Below, one piece after another: positions 9,721 to 19,466 of a stretch of DNA of 32,000 nucleotides (positions are counted from its first letter, which is position 1; each line of letters opens with the position of its first letter). The stretch lies in NCBI RefSeq assembly GCF_000008645.1, contig NC_000916.1, positions 180,001 through 212,000 of the forward strand. The letters run 5' to 3'. Under the pieces are notes generated by a model. That model was not told where the DNA came from. It ran no database searches and was given only the letters and a program-made list of their open reading frames with translations. Position numbers and translations under genes: made by a program. Source of the DNA: Methanothermobacter thermautotrophicus str. Delta H. Its GTDB lineage: Archaea; Methanobacteriota; Methanobacteria; Methanobacteriales; Methanothermobacteraceae.

Positions 9721-11553
9721 ATGAAGATTGTTCCAGATACAAGTGTTATTGTTGACGGCAGGATCACCGGGATAGTCCAGGAGGACGAGTTCAGGGGCAG
9801 CGAGGTGATCGTGCCCGAGGCAGTTGTATCTGAACTCGAATACCAGGCCAACCGTGGAAGGGAGACAGGTTTCAATGGCCTCGAGGAACTGAAGAACCTC
9901 CAGAAGCTCCACAAGGAGAATATAATATCCATGATATTCGTCGGGCGCCGCCCCACAGTGGATGAGATATCCCTCTCAAGGGGTGGTGAGATAGATGCCA
10001 TGATAAGGTCCACGGCAAGGGAATATGATGCCCTCCTTATAACAAGTGACCGGGTCCAGGCCGAGGTCGGGAAGGCCCAGGGCCTCGATGTCTTCTACAT
10101 CAAACCAGAGGTCCTGGAGTACGAGGAGCTGGAGATAAGCAAGTACTTCGATGAGAACACCATGTCGGTCCACCTCAAGGAGAATGTCGTTCCGATGGCC
10201 AAGAAGGGCCGGCCAGGGGAAATCCAGCTGGTTGAGATAGGTAAAAGACCGCTTAAACATTCAGATATAAGCAGGATGGCCCGTGAGATCGTGGAGAGGG
10301 CCAAGAGTGACTTCAAGAGCTTTATAGAGATCGAAATGGAGGGCGCCACGGTCGTACAGTTCCGGGAGTACAGGATATCCATTGCAAGACCACCATTCTC
10401 AGAGGCCTTTGAGATAACCGCGGTCAGGCCGGTGGCGAGGGTTTCACTGGAGGACTACAGGCTCTCAGACAGGCTCGTGGAGAGGCTGAGGGATACTGCC
10501 AAGGGGGTGCTCATTGCAGGTTCCCCCGGGGCAGGTAAGAGTACCTTTGCCCAGGCAGTGGCAGAGTTCTACAGCAGGGATATGAAGGCGGTTGTCAAGA
10601 CCATGGAGTCACCCAGGGACCTCCAGGTTGGTGATGAGATAACACAGTATGCACCCATTGAGAGGGACATGCAGAAGACGGCAGACATACTCCTCCTCGT
10701 GAGGCCCGACTACACCATCTACGATGAACTCAGAAAGACCCGTGACTTCAGGATATTTGCGGATATGAGGCTCGCGGGTGTGGGTATGGTTGGTGTGGTC
10801 CACGCCACAAGGCCCATAGACGCCATACAGAGGATCCTTGGAAGGGTTGAGCTCGGCGTCATACCCTCAGTTGTTGATACAACAATATTCATCGAGGATG
10901 GGGAGGTTAAGGCTGTCTACGATGTCTCCCTCACCGTGAAGGTGCCCACGGGCATGCAGGAGGCTGACCTTGCAAGGCCGGTCATCGAGATCAGGGACCT
11001 TGAATCAGGGGAACTCATGCATGAGATATACACCTACGGTGAGCAGACAATAGTCATGGACGTCTCAAAGGCAGCCCCTTCAGGGCGCAAACCGTCAGCC
11101 CACAGGATAGCTGAGAGGGAGATCGAGAGGGAGTTCCGCAGGAGGATCCCGGGTGCCCGGGTCAGGGTTGAACTTGAATCTGATGAACGTGCCAGGGTCT
11201 GGATAGATGAGAAGTACATACCCCAGGTTATAGGTAAGAAGGGTAAGACCATTGAGGAGATCGAGAACAGCATAGGCATAAGCATAGGTGTGGAGCCCCT
11301 GGAGGAGAGGGAAATCGAGGAGACCCTTGAGGTCCCCGTTGAACTTGCAGGGAATTATGTGGTTCTAAACTTTGGCAAGGACGCTGTGGGGGTGTCCTTT
11401 GACATACTTGTGGATGATGAGTACCTCTTCACAGCCACTGTAGGAAAGAAGGGGACCATAAAGCTCAGAAGGGACATAGAGCTGGCTGACATCATAATGG
11501 AGGCCGTGAAGAACAGCATACCTGTGAGGGCCAGGGTCAGGCCAGAGCGTTGA
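9721..11553 (+). CDS. PINc/VapC N-terminal + secretion-type ATPase + C-terminal KH domain protein
   Basis: [20 protein letters not shown] (PIN), Walker [50 protein letters not shown] motif [20 protein letters not shown]. Confidence 0.93.
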   Translation: MKIVPDTSVIVDGRITGIVQEDEFRGSEVIVPEAVVSELEYQANRGRETGFNGLEELKNLQKLHKENIISMIFVGRRPTVDEISLSRGGEIDAMIRSTAREYDALLITSDRVQAEVGKAQGLDVFYIKPEVLEYEELEISKYFDENTMSVHLKENVVPMAKKGRPGEIQLVEIGKRPLKHSDISRMAREIVERAKSDFKSFIEIEMEGATVVQFREYRISIARPPFSEAFEITAVRPVARVSLEDYRLSDRLVERLRDTAKGVLIAGSPGAGKSTFAQAVAEFYSRDMKAVVKTMESPRDLQVGDEITQYAPIERDMQKTADILLLVRPDYTIYDELRKTRDFRIFADMRLAGVGMVGVVHATRPIDAIQRILGRVELGVIPSVVDTTIFIEDGEVKAVYDVSLTVKVPTGMQEADLARPVIEIRDLESGELMHEIYTYGEQTIVMDVSKAAPSGRKPSAHRIAEREIEREFRRRIPGARVRVELESDERARVWIDEKYIPQVIGKKGKTIEEIENSIGISIGVEPLEEREIEETLEVPVELAGNYVVLNFGKDAVGVSFDILVDDEYLFTATVGKKGTIKLRRDIELADIIMEAVKNSIPVRARVRPER

Positions 11554-11563
11554 GGGTGGTGTG

Positions 11564-12262
11564 ATGAGGATAGGTGTCTCAACCCTTGCACTCACACCGT
11601 CCCCACTGGGGGAGATGCTGGAGTACATCGAGGCCCTTGGGGCCGAGTGCTGTGAAATCATATATGAGCACCCCCTCTCTGAGGTGGAGGTCACAGACTC
11701 CCACAGCCTGGAATTCACGGTACACGCCCCAATATCAGATATCAACATAGCGTCCCTCAATGACACTGTGAGGGAGGCCTCCATCAGGGAGGTTGAATCT
11801 GCAGTGGACCTTGCAGTTGAACTTGACTCCGACGTGGTGGTGGTCCACCCCGGCACAGTACCCTTCCTGGGGAGACCCTACAGGGACCTTATAGCCGAGA
11901 GGAACCTGGAATCCCTTGCAGCAATATCAGAATACGCATCTGACAGGGGTGTCGGCGTATACCCTGAGAACATGCCCCGCCTGGAGGGGCCACTTCTCCG
12001 GGAACTTGAGGAGCTCTGGGGTGTTGCAGAGGAGCTCGGTGTCATGGTGACCCTTGACGCGGCCCACGCAGCCACCATGGGTTACTCCACGGAGGAGATG
12101 GTATCAGCCCATGTGGGGCACGTCCACCTCTCTGACAACACGGGTGAGGTTGACAGTCACGACGCCCTGGGCGAGGGTTCACTGGACTTCCAGGCGCTCC
12201 TGGATGGTTTGAGGGGCGCAGGCTACACTGGAGTCCTCACAGTGGAGGTCAAGACACCTTGA
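11564..12262 (+). CDS. Sugar phosphate isomerase/epimerase-like TIM-barrel protein (AP endonuclease 2 superfamily)
   Basis: MRIGVSTLALTPSPLGEMLEYIEALGAECCEIIYEHP...VTLDAAHAATMGYSTEEMVSAHVGHVHLSDNTG...HDALGEGSLDFQALLDGLRGAGYTGVLTVEV. Confidence 0.85.
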   Translation: MRIGVSTLALTPSPLGEMLEYIEALGAECCEIIYEHPLSEVEVTDSHSLEFTVHAPISDINIASLNDTVREASIREVESAVDLAVELDSDVVVVHPGTVPFLGRPYRDLIAERNLESLAAISEYASDRGVGVYPENMPRLEGPLLRELEELWGVAEELGVMVTLDAAHAATMGYSTEEMVSAHVGHVHLSDNTGEVDSHDALGEGSLDFQALLDGLRGAGYTGVLTVEVKTP

Positions 12263-12310
12263 TGAGGTCAGACAGAGTGTTGAGTTCCTGAGGAATATTA
12301 TACCTTGAGG

Positions 12311-12340
12311 GGCCCCGGGTCCCGTGATGCCCGGGAGGCC
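12311..12340. repeat. GC-rich hairpin GGCC-CCGGG-(TCCCGTGATG)-CCCGG-(GA)-GGCC between the TIM-barrel gene and npdG
   Basis: Read directly: 9 paired positions with a 2-nt bulge in a non-coding interval. Confidence 0.5.
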
Positions 12341-12475
12341 TTCCGTGTTCCTGGGGAATATTCCGCTGGAGGGGTGCTGGTTTTCCAGGGAACTCTATCT
12401 GGGGTGTCAGCGCCCTGAAGGATTTCCCCTGGAGGGTCAGGGTTTGAGATAATTTTATTGATTAAGGTGATGGTT

Positions 12476-13156
12476 ATGAAGATAGCAGTTATTGGTGGAA
12501 CAGGAGACCAGGGCCTTGGACTGGCCCTGAGATTTGCAGTAGCAGGTGAGGAAGTAATTATAGGTTCAAGAGACGCTGAGAAGGCATCTAAAGCAGCCTC
12601 AAAGGTCCTTGAGATAGCTGGAAGGGATGACATCAGTGTTGAGGGTGCCACCAACCCTGATGCGGCAGCCTCTGCCGATGTGGTGGTGCTGACGGTTCCC
12701 CTCCAGGCCCAGATGGTCACACTGGCCTCAATAAGGGATCAGGTGAGGGACAAGGTCCTCATAGATGCCACGGTACCCATCGACAGCTGCATCGGCGGCT
12801 CAGCAGTCAGATACATTGACCTCTGGGAGGGTTCAGCGGCTGAGAGGGCTGCAAGGTTCCTCAGGGAGCAGGGCACAAGGGTTGCAGCAGCCTTCAACAA
12901 CATAAGCGCCTCCGCCCTCCTTGAAGTATCTGAGCCAGTGGACTGTGACTGTCTGGTGGCATCAGACCACAGGGACGCCCTTGAAGTTGCAGCTGAACTT
13001 GCAGAGAAGATAGATGGTGTCCGGGCCATTGAATGCGGCGGCCTTGAGAATGCAAGGATCATTGAGAAGATAACCCCGCTACTCATAAACCTCAACATAA
13101 GGAACAGGGTGAGGAATGCGGGCATAAGGATCACGAACCTTCCAGAGCAAGAGTAA
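12476..13156 (+). CDS. npdG: F420H2:NADP+ oxidoreductase (F420-dependent NADP reductase)
   Basis: MKIAVIGGTGDQGLGLALRFAVAGEEVIIGSRDAEKA...VLTVPLQAQM...DATVPI...KVRAIECGGLENARIIEKITPLLINLNIRN-type ending. AGGTGAT 4 nt before ATG 12476. Confidence 0.92.
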   Translation: MKIAVIGGTGDQGLGLALRFAVAGEEVIIGSRDAEKASKAASKVLEIAGRDDISVEGATNPDAAASADVVVLTVPLQAQMVTLASIRDQVRDKVLIDATVPIDSCIGGSAVRYIDLWEGSAAERAARFLREQGTRVAAAFNNISASALLEVSEPVDCDCLVASDHRDALEVAAELAEKIDGVRAIECGGLENARIIEKITPLLINLNIRNRVRNAGIRITNLPEQE

Positions 13157-13229
13157 TCGCTGCAGTCATCCATGGAAGACCCCTTTAACAGATGCAGCCA
13201 TACACAAGTACTGATTAAAGTTGATTGAA

Positions 13230-13814
13230 ATGGAGATACTGAGGAATACTGTTCAGAAGATAGCTAAGCACGCCATTGAGGCAATAGATAAGGTCGATGA
13301 AGCTGAACTTGAGATGATGATCTCAAAGATAATGGATGCAAGCTCAGTTTTCATAGTTGGAACCGGCAGGTCCGAGCTGATAGGAAAGGCCTTTGCAATG
13401 AGGCTTATGCACCTTGGATTCAAGGTCCACGTGGTTGGTGACGTTACAACTCCAGCCATAAGGGACGAGGACTGCCTGATAGCAATCTCAGGATCCGGTG
13501 AAACCAAGACTGTCACACTGGCAGCTGAGACATCAAGGTCTGTGGGTGCAACGGTGGTGGCTGTGACAGCAACCCCTGAATCGACCCTCACGGGTTACAG
13601 TGACGTGGTTATATGCATCCCGAGCAAGACAAAGGAGCCCTGGAAGTACTACACCTCAGGTGTCCTCAGGGGAGAATATGATGACCTCACACCCATGGGG
13701 ACCCTCTTTGAGGACAGCACCCACCTCTTCCTGGACGGCCTCATAGCCGAGTTCATGTCAATCCTTGGAAAGAGGGAGAAGGACCTCAAGGAGAGGCACG
13801 CCATAATCGAGTAG
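13230..13814 (+). CDS. hxlB: 6-phospho-3-hexuloisomerase (SIS domain)
   Basis: IFIVGTGRS-type motif (VFIVGTGRSELIGKAFAMRLMHLGFKVHVVGDVTTPAI), DCLIAISGSGETKTVTLAAE, PMGTLFEDSTHLFLDGLIAEFM. Confidence 0.92.
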   Translation: MEILRNTVQKIAKHAIEAIDKVDEAELEMMISKIMDASSVFIVGTGRSELIGKAFAMRLMHLGFKVHVVGDVTTPAIRDEDCLIAISGSGETKTVTLAAETSRSVGATVVAVTATPESTLTGYSDVVICIPSKTKEPWKYYTSGVLRGEYDDLTPMGTLFEDSTHLFLDGLIAEFMSILGKREKDLKERHAIIE

Positions 13815-13837
13815 CTCAACCAGCACTCACGGGAGGT

Positions 13838-14350
13838 TTGAGAGTGGAGGGACAGCTCGGAGATGAGGTGGTCACCATAAAGGCCACATCCATCGCAAGG
13901 AGGCTTCATGGAAAGAGCCACTACGGTAAGATGTATGAGGACAGACTTCAGCTTTCACTTATTGAGGCGGCCTACCTCATGGAGAGGGGTAAGCTCAAAC
14001 TCATGAAGGACGATGATGAGGTGTCCCCTGAGGAATTCATATCCCTCCTCGGTGAACGGGGACTCTACAGCAAGTATCTTGTCTACAGGGATCTCAGGAA
14101 CAGGGGATACATAGTTAAAACAGGTTTCAAGTATGGTGCAGAGTTCAGACTATATGAGAGGGGAGGGGCTCCCGGCAGGACCCACTCAGCCTACCTTGTG
14201 AGGGTGATCTCAGAGAATGACACCATCCACGCCCTTGACTTTTCAAGTTATGTGAGGGTGGCCCATGGGGTTAACAAGAAGCTCCTCATGGCCTTCCTCG
14301 ACGATGAGGAGGACATAACCTACTACCTTGTCGACTGGATAAGGCCATGA
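13838..14350 (+). CDS. endA: tRNA-splicing endonuclease (homotetrameric archaeal type, 170 aa)
   Basis: GYIVKTGFKYGAEFRLYERGGAPGRTHSAYLVRV...DFSSYVRVAHGVNKKLLMAFLDDEEDITYYLVDWIRP contains the Tyr/His/Lys catalytic signature. Start TTG 13838 or GTG 13844. Confidence 0.95.
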   Translation: MRVEGQLGDEVVTIKATSIARRLHGKSHYGKMYEDRLQLSLIEAAYLMERGKLKLMKDDDEVSPEEFISLLGERGLYSKYLVYRDLRNRGYIVKTGFKYGAEFRLYERGGAPGRTHSAYLVRVISENDTIHALDFSSYVRVAHGVNKKLLMAFLDDEEDITYYLVDWIRP

Positions 14351-14404
14351 TTTGGCTACTATGACGGCTTAAGCAACAGAAATGACTTAATAACGGTGAT
14401 ATGA

Positions 14405-15499
14405 TTGATAGACCCTTGGGGATCAGCAAAGCTTGAATACCAGGATCTTATTGAGAACTTCGGCGTCAGACCCTTCAGTGAGGTCCTTGACGAAGTACCC
14501 GAACCCAGCTGGCTCATGAGGCGGGGCATAATCTTCGGACACAGGGACTATGAGAGGATAATCAGTGCCATGAAGAAGGGTGAGGACTTCGCGGTTGTAA
14601 CAGGGATGATGCCAAGCGGAAGGATGCATATAGGCCACAAGATGATCGTGGACCAGCTCAGATGGTACGACAGGATGGGGGCCGAGATATTCATACCCAT
14701 AGCAGACATGGAGGCCTACTCAGCCAGGGGGGTGGACTTCGAGGACTCAAGGAGGATAGCCATTGAGGAGTACATCGCAGGGTACATTGCCCTCGGACTT
14801 GACCTTGAGAAGGATAACATACACGTCTACCTCCAGTCAGAGAACCTCATGGTGGAGGACCTCGCCTATGTCCTTGCAGGGAAGGTCAACTTCAATGAGC
14901 TCAGGGCGATCTATGGTTTCACAGGATCCACGAGCATGGCCCACATGTACGCCCCCATAATACAGGTCTCAGACATCCTGCACCCCCAGCTGGATGAACT
15001 GGGGGGCCCCAGACCCGTAATTGTCCCTGTGGGCCCGGACCAGGACCCCCATATAAGGCTGACACGGGATATAGCAGCCAGGTTCAGGGACAGGTATGGC
15101 TTCATCCTCCCCTCATCAACATACCACAGATTCATGGGCGGCCTCACCGGGGGTAAGATGTCAAGCAACAGGCCCAAATCCGCCATATTCCTGAGCGACA
15201 CACCTGAGGAGGCAGAGGCGAAGATAAGGAACGCCAAGACCGGGGGGAGGGAGACCCTGAAGGAGCAAAGGGAACTTGGAGGAGTGCCGGAGGAGTGCAT
15301 AATATATGAGACACTCCTCTACCACATGTCAGGTTCAGACTCCAGGCTTGAGGAGATATATGAATCATGCAGAAACGGTACACTTATGTGCGGTGAGTGC
15401 AAAAATAATACTGCAGAGTTTATCAGGAAGTTCTTCGAGGAACTTTCGGTGAAAAGGGAGAAGGCCCTTCCTGCTGCCAGAAGGATTCTTGAGGGATAA
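14405..15499 (+). CDS. trpS: Tryptophanyl-tRNA synthetase
   Basis: [15 protein letters not shown] (HIGH region), [33 protein letters not shown] (KMSKS-like). GGTGAT 4 nt before TTG 14405. Confidence 0.96.
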
Positions 15500-15521
15500 A
15501 AATGAGAAATAAGAAGGTCAG

Positions 15522-16181
15522 ATGGATTCTGATGGGGGTTCGAAGATGAGAAGGAAGGAGAAATATGAGGGCACACTGAGTTACATCATAAGGAACAATG
15601 AAACCTTCCTCCTGGCATCAACCTTCCTCTTCCTCATATCCCTCTTTGGAGGGTATCTGTTCTCAGGATCCATCGGAGACCTTATAAGGCCTCTCATGGA
15701 TGAGTTTCGGAGGAGCGTGGCTGAAGGTGAGATCAAGCTCTCAACGGCATCCATATTCATTCACAACCTTCAGGCAGCTCTTCTGATATATGGTGGGGGT
15801 TTGCTTCTGGGTGTTTTCACGGCCCTCTTCCTTATTGTGAACGGCCTCTTCATAGGATTCTTTGCATCCCAGGTTCCACTGGACGATTTCGTCTTTCTTA
15901 CACTGCCCCACGGAATATTTGAGATCCCTGGTCTCATAATCGCTGGAGCTGCTGGTTTCAGGCTTGCAAGCTTCATCTATCACTTCTTCAGTGATCTCCT
16001 GACAGAGTCATGGTACGGTTCCTTCACTGAGAGGGTTGTCCACTTCCTTGGCAGGAACCAGGATGAGCTTGTGGAGTCCCTGCTCCTCCTGGGGGTGGGC
16101 GTGGTCTTCCTGGTGGTGGCAGCATTTGTGGAGGCGAACCTCACACTGGGAATTTACAGCTACATAAAGGGGTCCATCTAG
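15522..16181 (+). CDS. Integral membrane protein, stage II sporulation protein M (SpoIIM/DUF95) family
   Basis: Several hydrophobic helices and GLFIGFFASQVPLDDFVFLTLPHGIFEIPGLIIAGAAGFRLA, characteristic of this family. Start 15522 or 15546. Confidence 0.85.
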   Translation: MDSDGGSKMRRKEKYEGTLSYIIRNNETFLLASTFLFLISLFGGYLFSGSIGDLIRPLMDEFRRSVAEGEIKLSTASIFIHNLQAALLIYGGGLLLGVFTALFLIVNGLFIGFFASQVPLDDFVFLTLPHGIFEIPGLIIAGAAGFRLASFIYHFFSDLLTESWYGSFTERVVHFLGRNQDELVESLLLLGVGVVFLVVAAFVEANLTLGIYSYIKGSI

Positions 16182-16256
16182 ACCCCGTTTAATTTCCCTG
16201 GTTAATTCAGGTACATATTGATAAGGTGAATCAGAAACTTTATTCTTACCGGTAAA

Positions 16257-17477
16257 ATGGATGGTGAATCTGTGATAAGGTGCATATCATGTGGTCGAGA
16301 GTATGACCTGGAGGAGATCATATACACCTGCAGGGAGTGCGGGTCGGTACTTGAAGTTGAATGTGACGTGGAGGTCTCAAGGGACGTCTTCAGGGGCAGA
16401 AGGCAGAACATGTGGAGGTACAGGGAGTTCATGCCTGTTGACCCCTCAAGGATAGTCAGCCTCGATGAGGGGGGAACACCCTTTGTCAGGTGTGACACCA
16501 TAGGATCTGAACTTGGTATTGAGCTCTATGTGAAGGTGGAGGGCTCCAACCCCACAGGGAGCTTCAAGGACAGGGGGATGAGCGTGGGGATCACAAAGGC
16601 CCTTGAACTTGGCGTTGATACTGTGGGGTGCGCCTCAACCGGTAACACCTCAGCCTCCCTTGCAGCCTACGCAGCCAGGGCTGGGCTGGGCTGCGTCGTT
16701 CTACTCCCATCAGGTAAGGTCGCCCTCGGTAAACTTGCCCAGGCTATGTTCCATGGCGCCAGGGTCCTCTCGGTGAGGGGAAACTTTGACGAGGCCCTTG
16801 AGGCTGTCACGGAACTTGCACTGATGGGTGAACTCTACCTCCTCAACTCCGTGAACCCCTTCAGGCTTGAGGGTCAGAAGTCAATAGGCTTTGAGATAGT
16901 GGATGACCTCGGCTGGGAGTCCCCTGACCGCATCATACTGCCTGTGGGGAATGCAGGTAATATCTCAGCCATCTGGAAGGGTATATCAGAGTTTTACAGG
17001 GCTGGATTCATAGATGAGAGGCCGATGATGACCGGTATACAGGCCGAGGGCGCTTCACCGGTGGTAGAAGCCTTCAGGAAGGGCAGAACCGAGATTGAAC
17101 CGGTCAGGGATCCTGAAACGGTTGCAACGGCCATAAGGATAGGGGCCCCTGTTAGCTATCTCAAGGCCCTCCGGGCCATATATGAGTCAGATGGTTATGC
17201 TGAATCCGTGACCGATGAGGAGATACTCTCTGCCCAGAAACTCCTTGCAAGGAGGGAGGGTATAGGTGTTGAGCCCGCATCAGCGGCGTCCATAGCGGGT
17301 CTCATCAAACTCGTTGATGAGGGTGTTGTTGACAGGGGTGAACGTGTGGTCTGTGTTGTCACTGGTCATGTACTCAAGGACCCTGACACCGCCATAAAGG
17401 CATCAACGGAACCAGTTGAGGTAGAACCTGATATAAACCAGTTAAGATCCATTATAAGGGGTACGGGGTCCTCCTAG
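16257..17477 (+). CDS. thrC: Threonine synthase
   Basis: Zinc-ribbon N-terminus IRCISCGREYDLEEIIYTCRECGSVL; GGTPFVRC; VEGSNPTGSFKDRGMSVGI (PLP lysine); GCASTGNTSASLAAYAARAGL. Confidence 0.95.
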   Translation: MDGESVIRCISCGREYDLEEIIYTCRECGSVLEVECDVEVSRDVFRGRRQNMWRYREFMPVDPSRIVSLDEGGTPFVRCDTIGSELGIELYVKVEGSNPTGSFKDRGMSVGITKALELGVDTVGCASTGNTSASLAAYAARAGLGCVVLLPSGKVALGKLAQAMFHGARVLSVRGNFDEALEAVTELALMGELYLLNSVNPFRLEGQKSIGFEIVDDLGWESPDRIILPVGNAGNISAIWKGISEFYRAGFIDERPMMTGIQAEGASPVVEAFRKGRTEIEPVRDPETVATAIRIGAPVSYLKALRAIYESDGYAESVTDEEILSAQKLLARREGIGVEPASAASIAGLIKLVDEGVVDRGERVVCVVTGHVLKDPDTAIKASTEPVEVEPDINQLRSIIRGTGSS

Positions 17478-17502
17478 CCCCCTGAATTCTTGAAGATACC
17501 TT

Positions 17503-17530
17503 TCTCTTTTTTAAGCTTTTCTATTTTTCA
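17503..17530 (+). terminator. T-rich transcription terminator-like tract after thrC
   Basis: ctttctcttttttaagcttttctattttt, 25-50 nt past the thrC stop; archaeal terminators are oligo-T tracts. Confidence 0.5.
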
Positions 17531-17645
17531 TCGGACAACTTGAAGTTAATTTCTCACCCTCCAAGCACTCGTGGATATACTGCTGGGTTGAAGGTGCCCC
17601 ATGAACCAACCGATGGCTCAGAAAAACCTTAAAATTAGCGATATA

Positions 17646-17653
17646 TTTATATA
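17646..17653 (+). promoter_or_regulatory. Archaeal TATA box (TTTATATA) for the histone gene
   Basis: Exact TTTATATA 53 nt before the histone ATG, in an AT-rich spacer. Confidence 0.65.
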
Positions 17654-17698
17654 GGATTATATGAATAGATAATATCACATAAAATGAGGTGGTTAATT

Positions 17699-17902
17699 AT
17701 GGAATTGCCAATAGCTCCAATTGGAAGAATAATAAAGAATGCCGGTGCAGAAATAGTAAGTGATGATGCAAGGGAAGCCCTTGCAAAGGTCCTTGAAGCA
17801 AAAGGTGAAGAAATAGCTGAAAACGCTGTTAAACTTGCAAAACACGCTGGAAGGAAGACGGTTAAAGCCTCAGACATTGAACTGGCAGTTAAAAGGATGT
17901 AA
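17699..17902 (+). CDS. Archaeal histone (HMf/HMt family)
   Basis: [67 protein letters not shown]; GAGGTGG RBS upstream. Start moved to ATG 17699. Confidence 0.97.
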   Translation: MELPIAPIGRIIKNAGAEIVSDDAREALAKVLEAKGEEIAENAVKLAKHAGRKTVKASDIELAVKRM

Positions 17903-17950
17903 CTCTCATCTGCATCCATTATTCCTTCCCTTTTTAATTGGCAGCAAAAC

Positions 17951-17958
17951 TTTATATG
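17951..17958 (+). promoter_or_regulatory. Orphan TATA-like box (TTTATATG) between histone and L7Ae genes
   Basis: AAACTTTATATGTG; no ORF begins in the next roughly 200 nt. Confidence 0.35.
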
Positions 17959-18064
17959 TGATGAAGCTTTAATTTCTATTAATCCTTGTTTTCCTGGGCG
18001 TCTTACTGGATGATCCGGGATAATTCAGAATACGATTTCTCATGAAAATCTGTATCCAGCAAGT

Positions 18065-18072
18065 TTTATATA
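18065..18072 (+). promoter_or_regulatory. TATA box (TTTATATA) for the L7Ae-led cluster, implying a leader of about 95-100 nt
   Basis: Exact TTTATATA in aagttttatataccg, 128 nt upstream of ATG 18193. Confidence 0.6.
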
Positions 18073-18192
18073 CCGAGAACATATAAAGGTACTCACCCAC
18101 TTCATGTTAATCCATAACTTGGATTATTGATCCAGATTGGTGTAATTACCGATGGATGGTAGAAAAACCAGATGAAAAAGGAGGTAAACAGC

Positions 18193-18564
18193 ATGGCAAA
18201 AGCAATATACGTGAAATTTGATGTACCAAAGGAACTGGCTGACAAGGCCGCAGAGGCACTTGAAATAGCCAGGGAGACAGGTAAGGTATCCAAGGGTACA
18301 AATGAGGTTACCAAGGCTGTCGAGAGGGGAGTTGCTCAGCTCGTATTAATAGCTGAGGACGTTGAACCTGCAGAGATCGTTGCTCACCTTCCACTCCTCG
18401 CAGAGGAAAAGGAAATACCATACATATACATCCCAACAAAGGATGAACTGGGTGCAGCCGCAGGTCTGAACGTTGGAACAGCATCATCAGCCATCGTTGA
18501 GGCAGGCGACGCCGAGGACCTCATAAAAGAGATAATAGAAAAGGTCGAAGAACTTAAGAAATAG
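18193..18564 (+). CDS. rpl7ae: Ribosomal protein L7Ae (K-turn binding; also a C/D and H/ACA sRNP and RNase P component)
   Basis: [105 protein letters not shown]; AAGGAGGT upstream. Confidence 0.98.
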   Translation: MAKAIYVKFDVPKELADKAAEALEIARETGKVSKGTNEVTKAVERGVAQLVLIAEDVEPAEIVAHLPLLAEEKEIPYIYIPTKDELGAAAGLNVGTASSAIVEAGDAEDLIKEIIEKVEELKK

Positions 18565-18613
18565 ATGAAAGGCACTAAAAGCCTTTCAATTTCAATTTAA
18601 TAAAGGTGATTTA

Positions 18614-18820
18614 ATGGATGACGCAACTCCAGCAGAGGTTATTGAGGTTCTCAAGAGAACCGGGATGACTGGAGAGGTAATGCAGGTTAAATGCAGGATC
18701 CTTGATGGAAGAGATAAGGGAAGGATACTGACAAGGAACGTTATGGGTCCCATAAGGGAAGGCGACATCCTGATGCTCCTCGACACCATCCGAGAGGCAA
18801 AGGAGATAAGGACCCCATAA
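18614..18820 (+). CDS. rps28e: Ribosomal protein S28e
   Basis: [65 protein letters not shown]. Confidence 0.95.
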   Translation: MDDATPAEVIEVLKRTGMTGEVMQVKCRILDGRDKGRILTRNVMGPIREGDILMLLDTIREAKEIRTP

Positions 18821-18838
18821 TCAGGAAGGTGTTTACCA

Positions 18839-19000
18839 ATGAGAGTCTGTTCATTCTGCCATGAAGAAATAGAGCCAGGCACCGGCAAGATGTACGTCAA
18901 AAGGGACGGTACAATCTATTTCTTCTGCAGCAGCAAATGCGAGAAAAACATGATAAAACTGGGAAGGGTTCCAAGAAAAGTTAAATGGGTCAAAAAATGA
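18839..19000 (+). CDS. rpl24e: Ribosomal protein L24e, 53 aa (not in supplied ORF track)
   Basis: Direct translation: [53 protein letters not shown]; CxxC...CxxxC zinc motif; AGGAAGGTG upstream. Confidence 0.96.
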   Translation: MRVCSFCHEEIEPGTGKMYVKRDGTIYFFCSSKCEKNMIKLGRVPRKVKWVKK

Positions 19001-19452
19001 TGGAAAAAAGCTTTGTAATGTTAAAACCTGACGCAGTAAAAAGGCGCCTCGCAGGAAGGATAATAGCCAGGTTCGAGGACAGGGGACTCAAGATAGTCGC
19101 CTTTAAGATGCTGCAGATCCCGGAAGACCTTGCAATGGAGCACTACCAGGAACACAGGGAAAAGCCCTTCTTCAGGGACCTGGTGGACTACATAACATCA
19201 GCACCTGTCATTGCAATGGTCATTGAGGGTAAGGACTGCATATCCCTCATAAGGAAGATGGTTGGCGCAACCAACCCTGCAGAGGCAGACCTCGGGACAA
19301 TCAGGGGAGACTTCGCCCTTGAAACAGGTAGAAACATAATACACGCTTCAGATTCTCCAGAATCAGCCGAAAGGGAGATTAAACTTTTCTTTGATGAATC
19401 GGAAATTTGCAGTTACGAGATGCCTGATAGAGAAATGATATACGAGGAATAA
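18997..19452 (+). CDS. ndk: Nucleoside diphosphate kinase
   Basis: [38 protein letters not shown]...[43 protein letters not shown]. Start overlaps the L24e stop. Confidence 0.97.
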
Positions 19453-19466
19453 ACGCGGAGATTCCA

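Noticed and set aside
17540-17551. TTGAAGTTAATT shared by the spacers at 17540-17551 and 27039-27050
   Set aside because: A 12-base AT-rich match between two positions is expected by chance in 32 kb, and flanks do not match.
17956-18030. GTGATGA C-box-like string suggesting a C/D box sRNA
   Set aside because: No D/D' CTGA boxes at appropriate spacing on the same strand, and the string sits at or before any TSS set by the TATA box.
18985-19002. Longer ndk start (MGQKMMEK...) proposed by the track
   Set aside because: It begins inside the end of L24e, and the canonical NDK start [11 protein letters not shown] fits ATG 18997.
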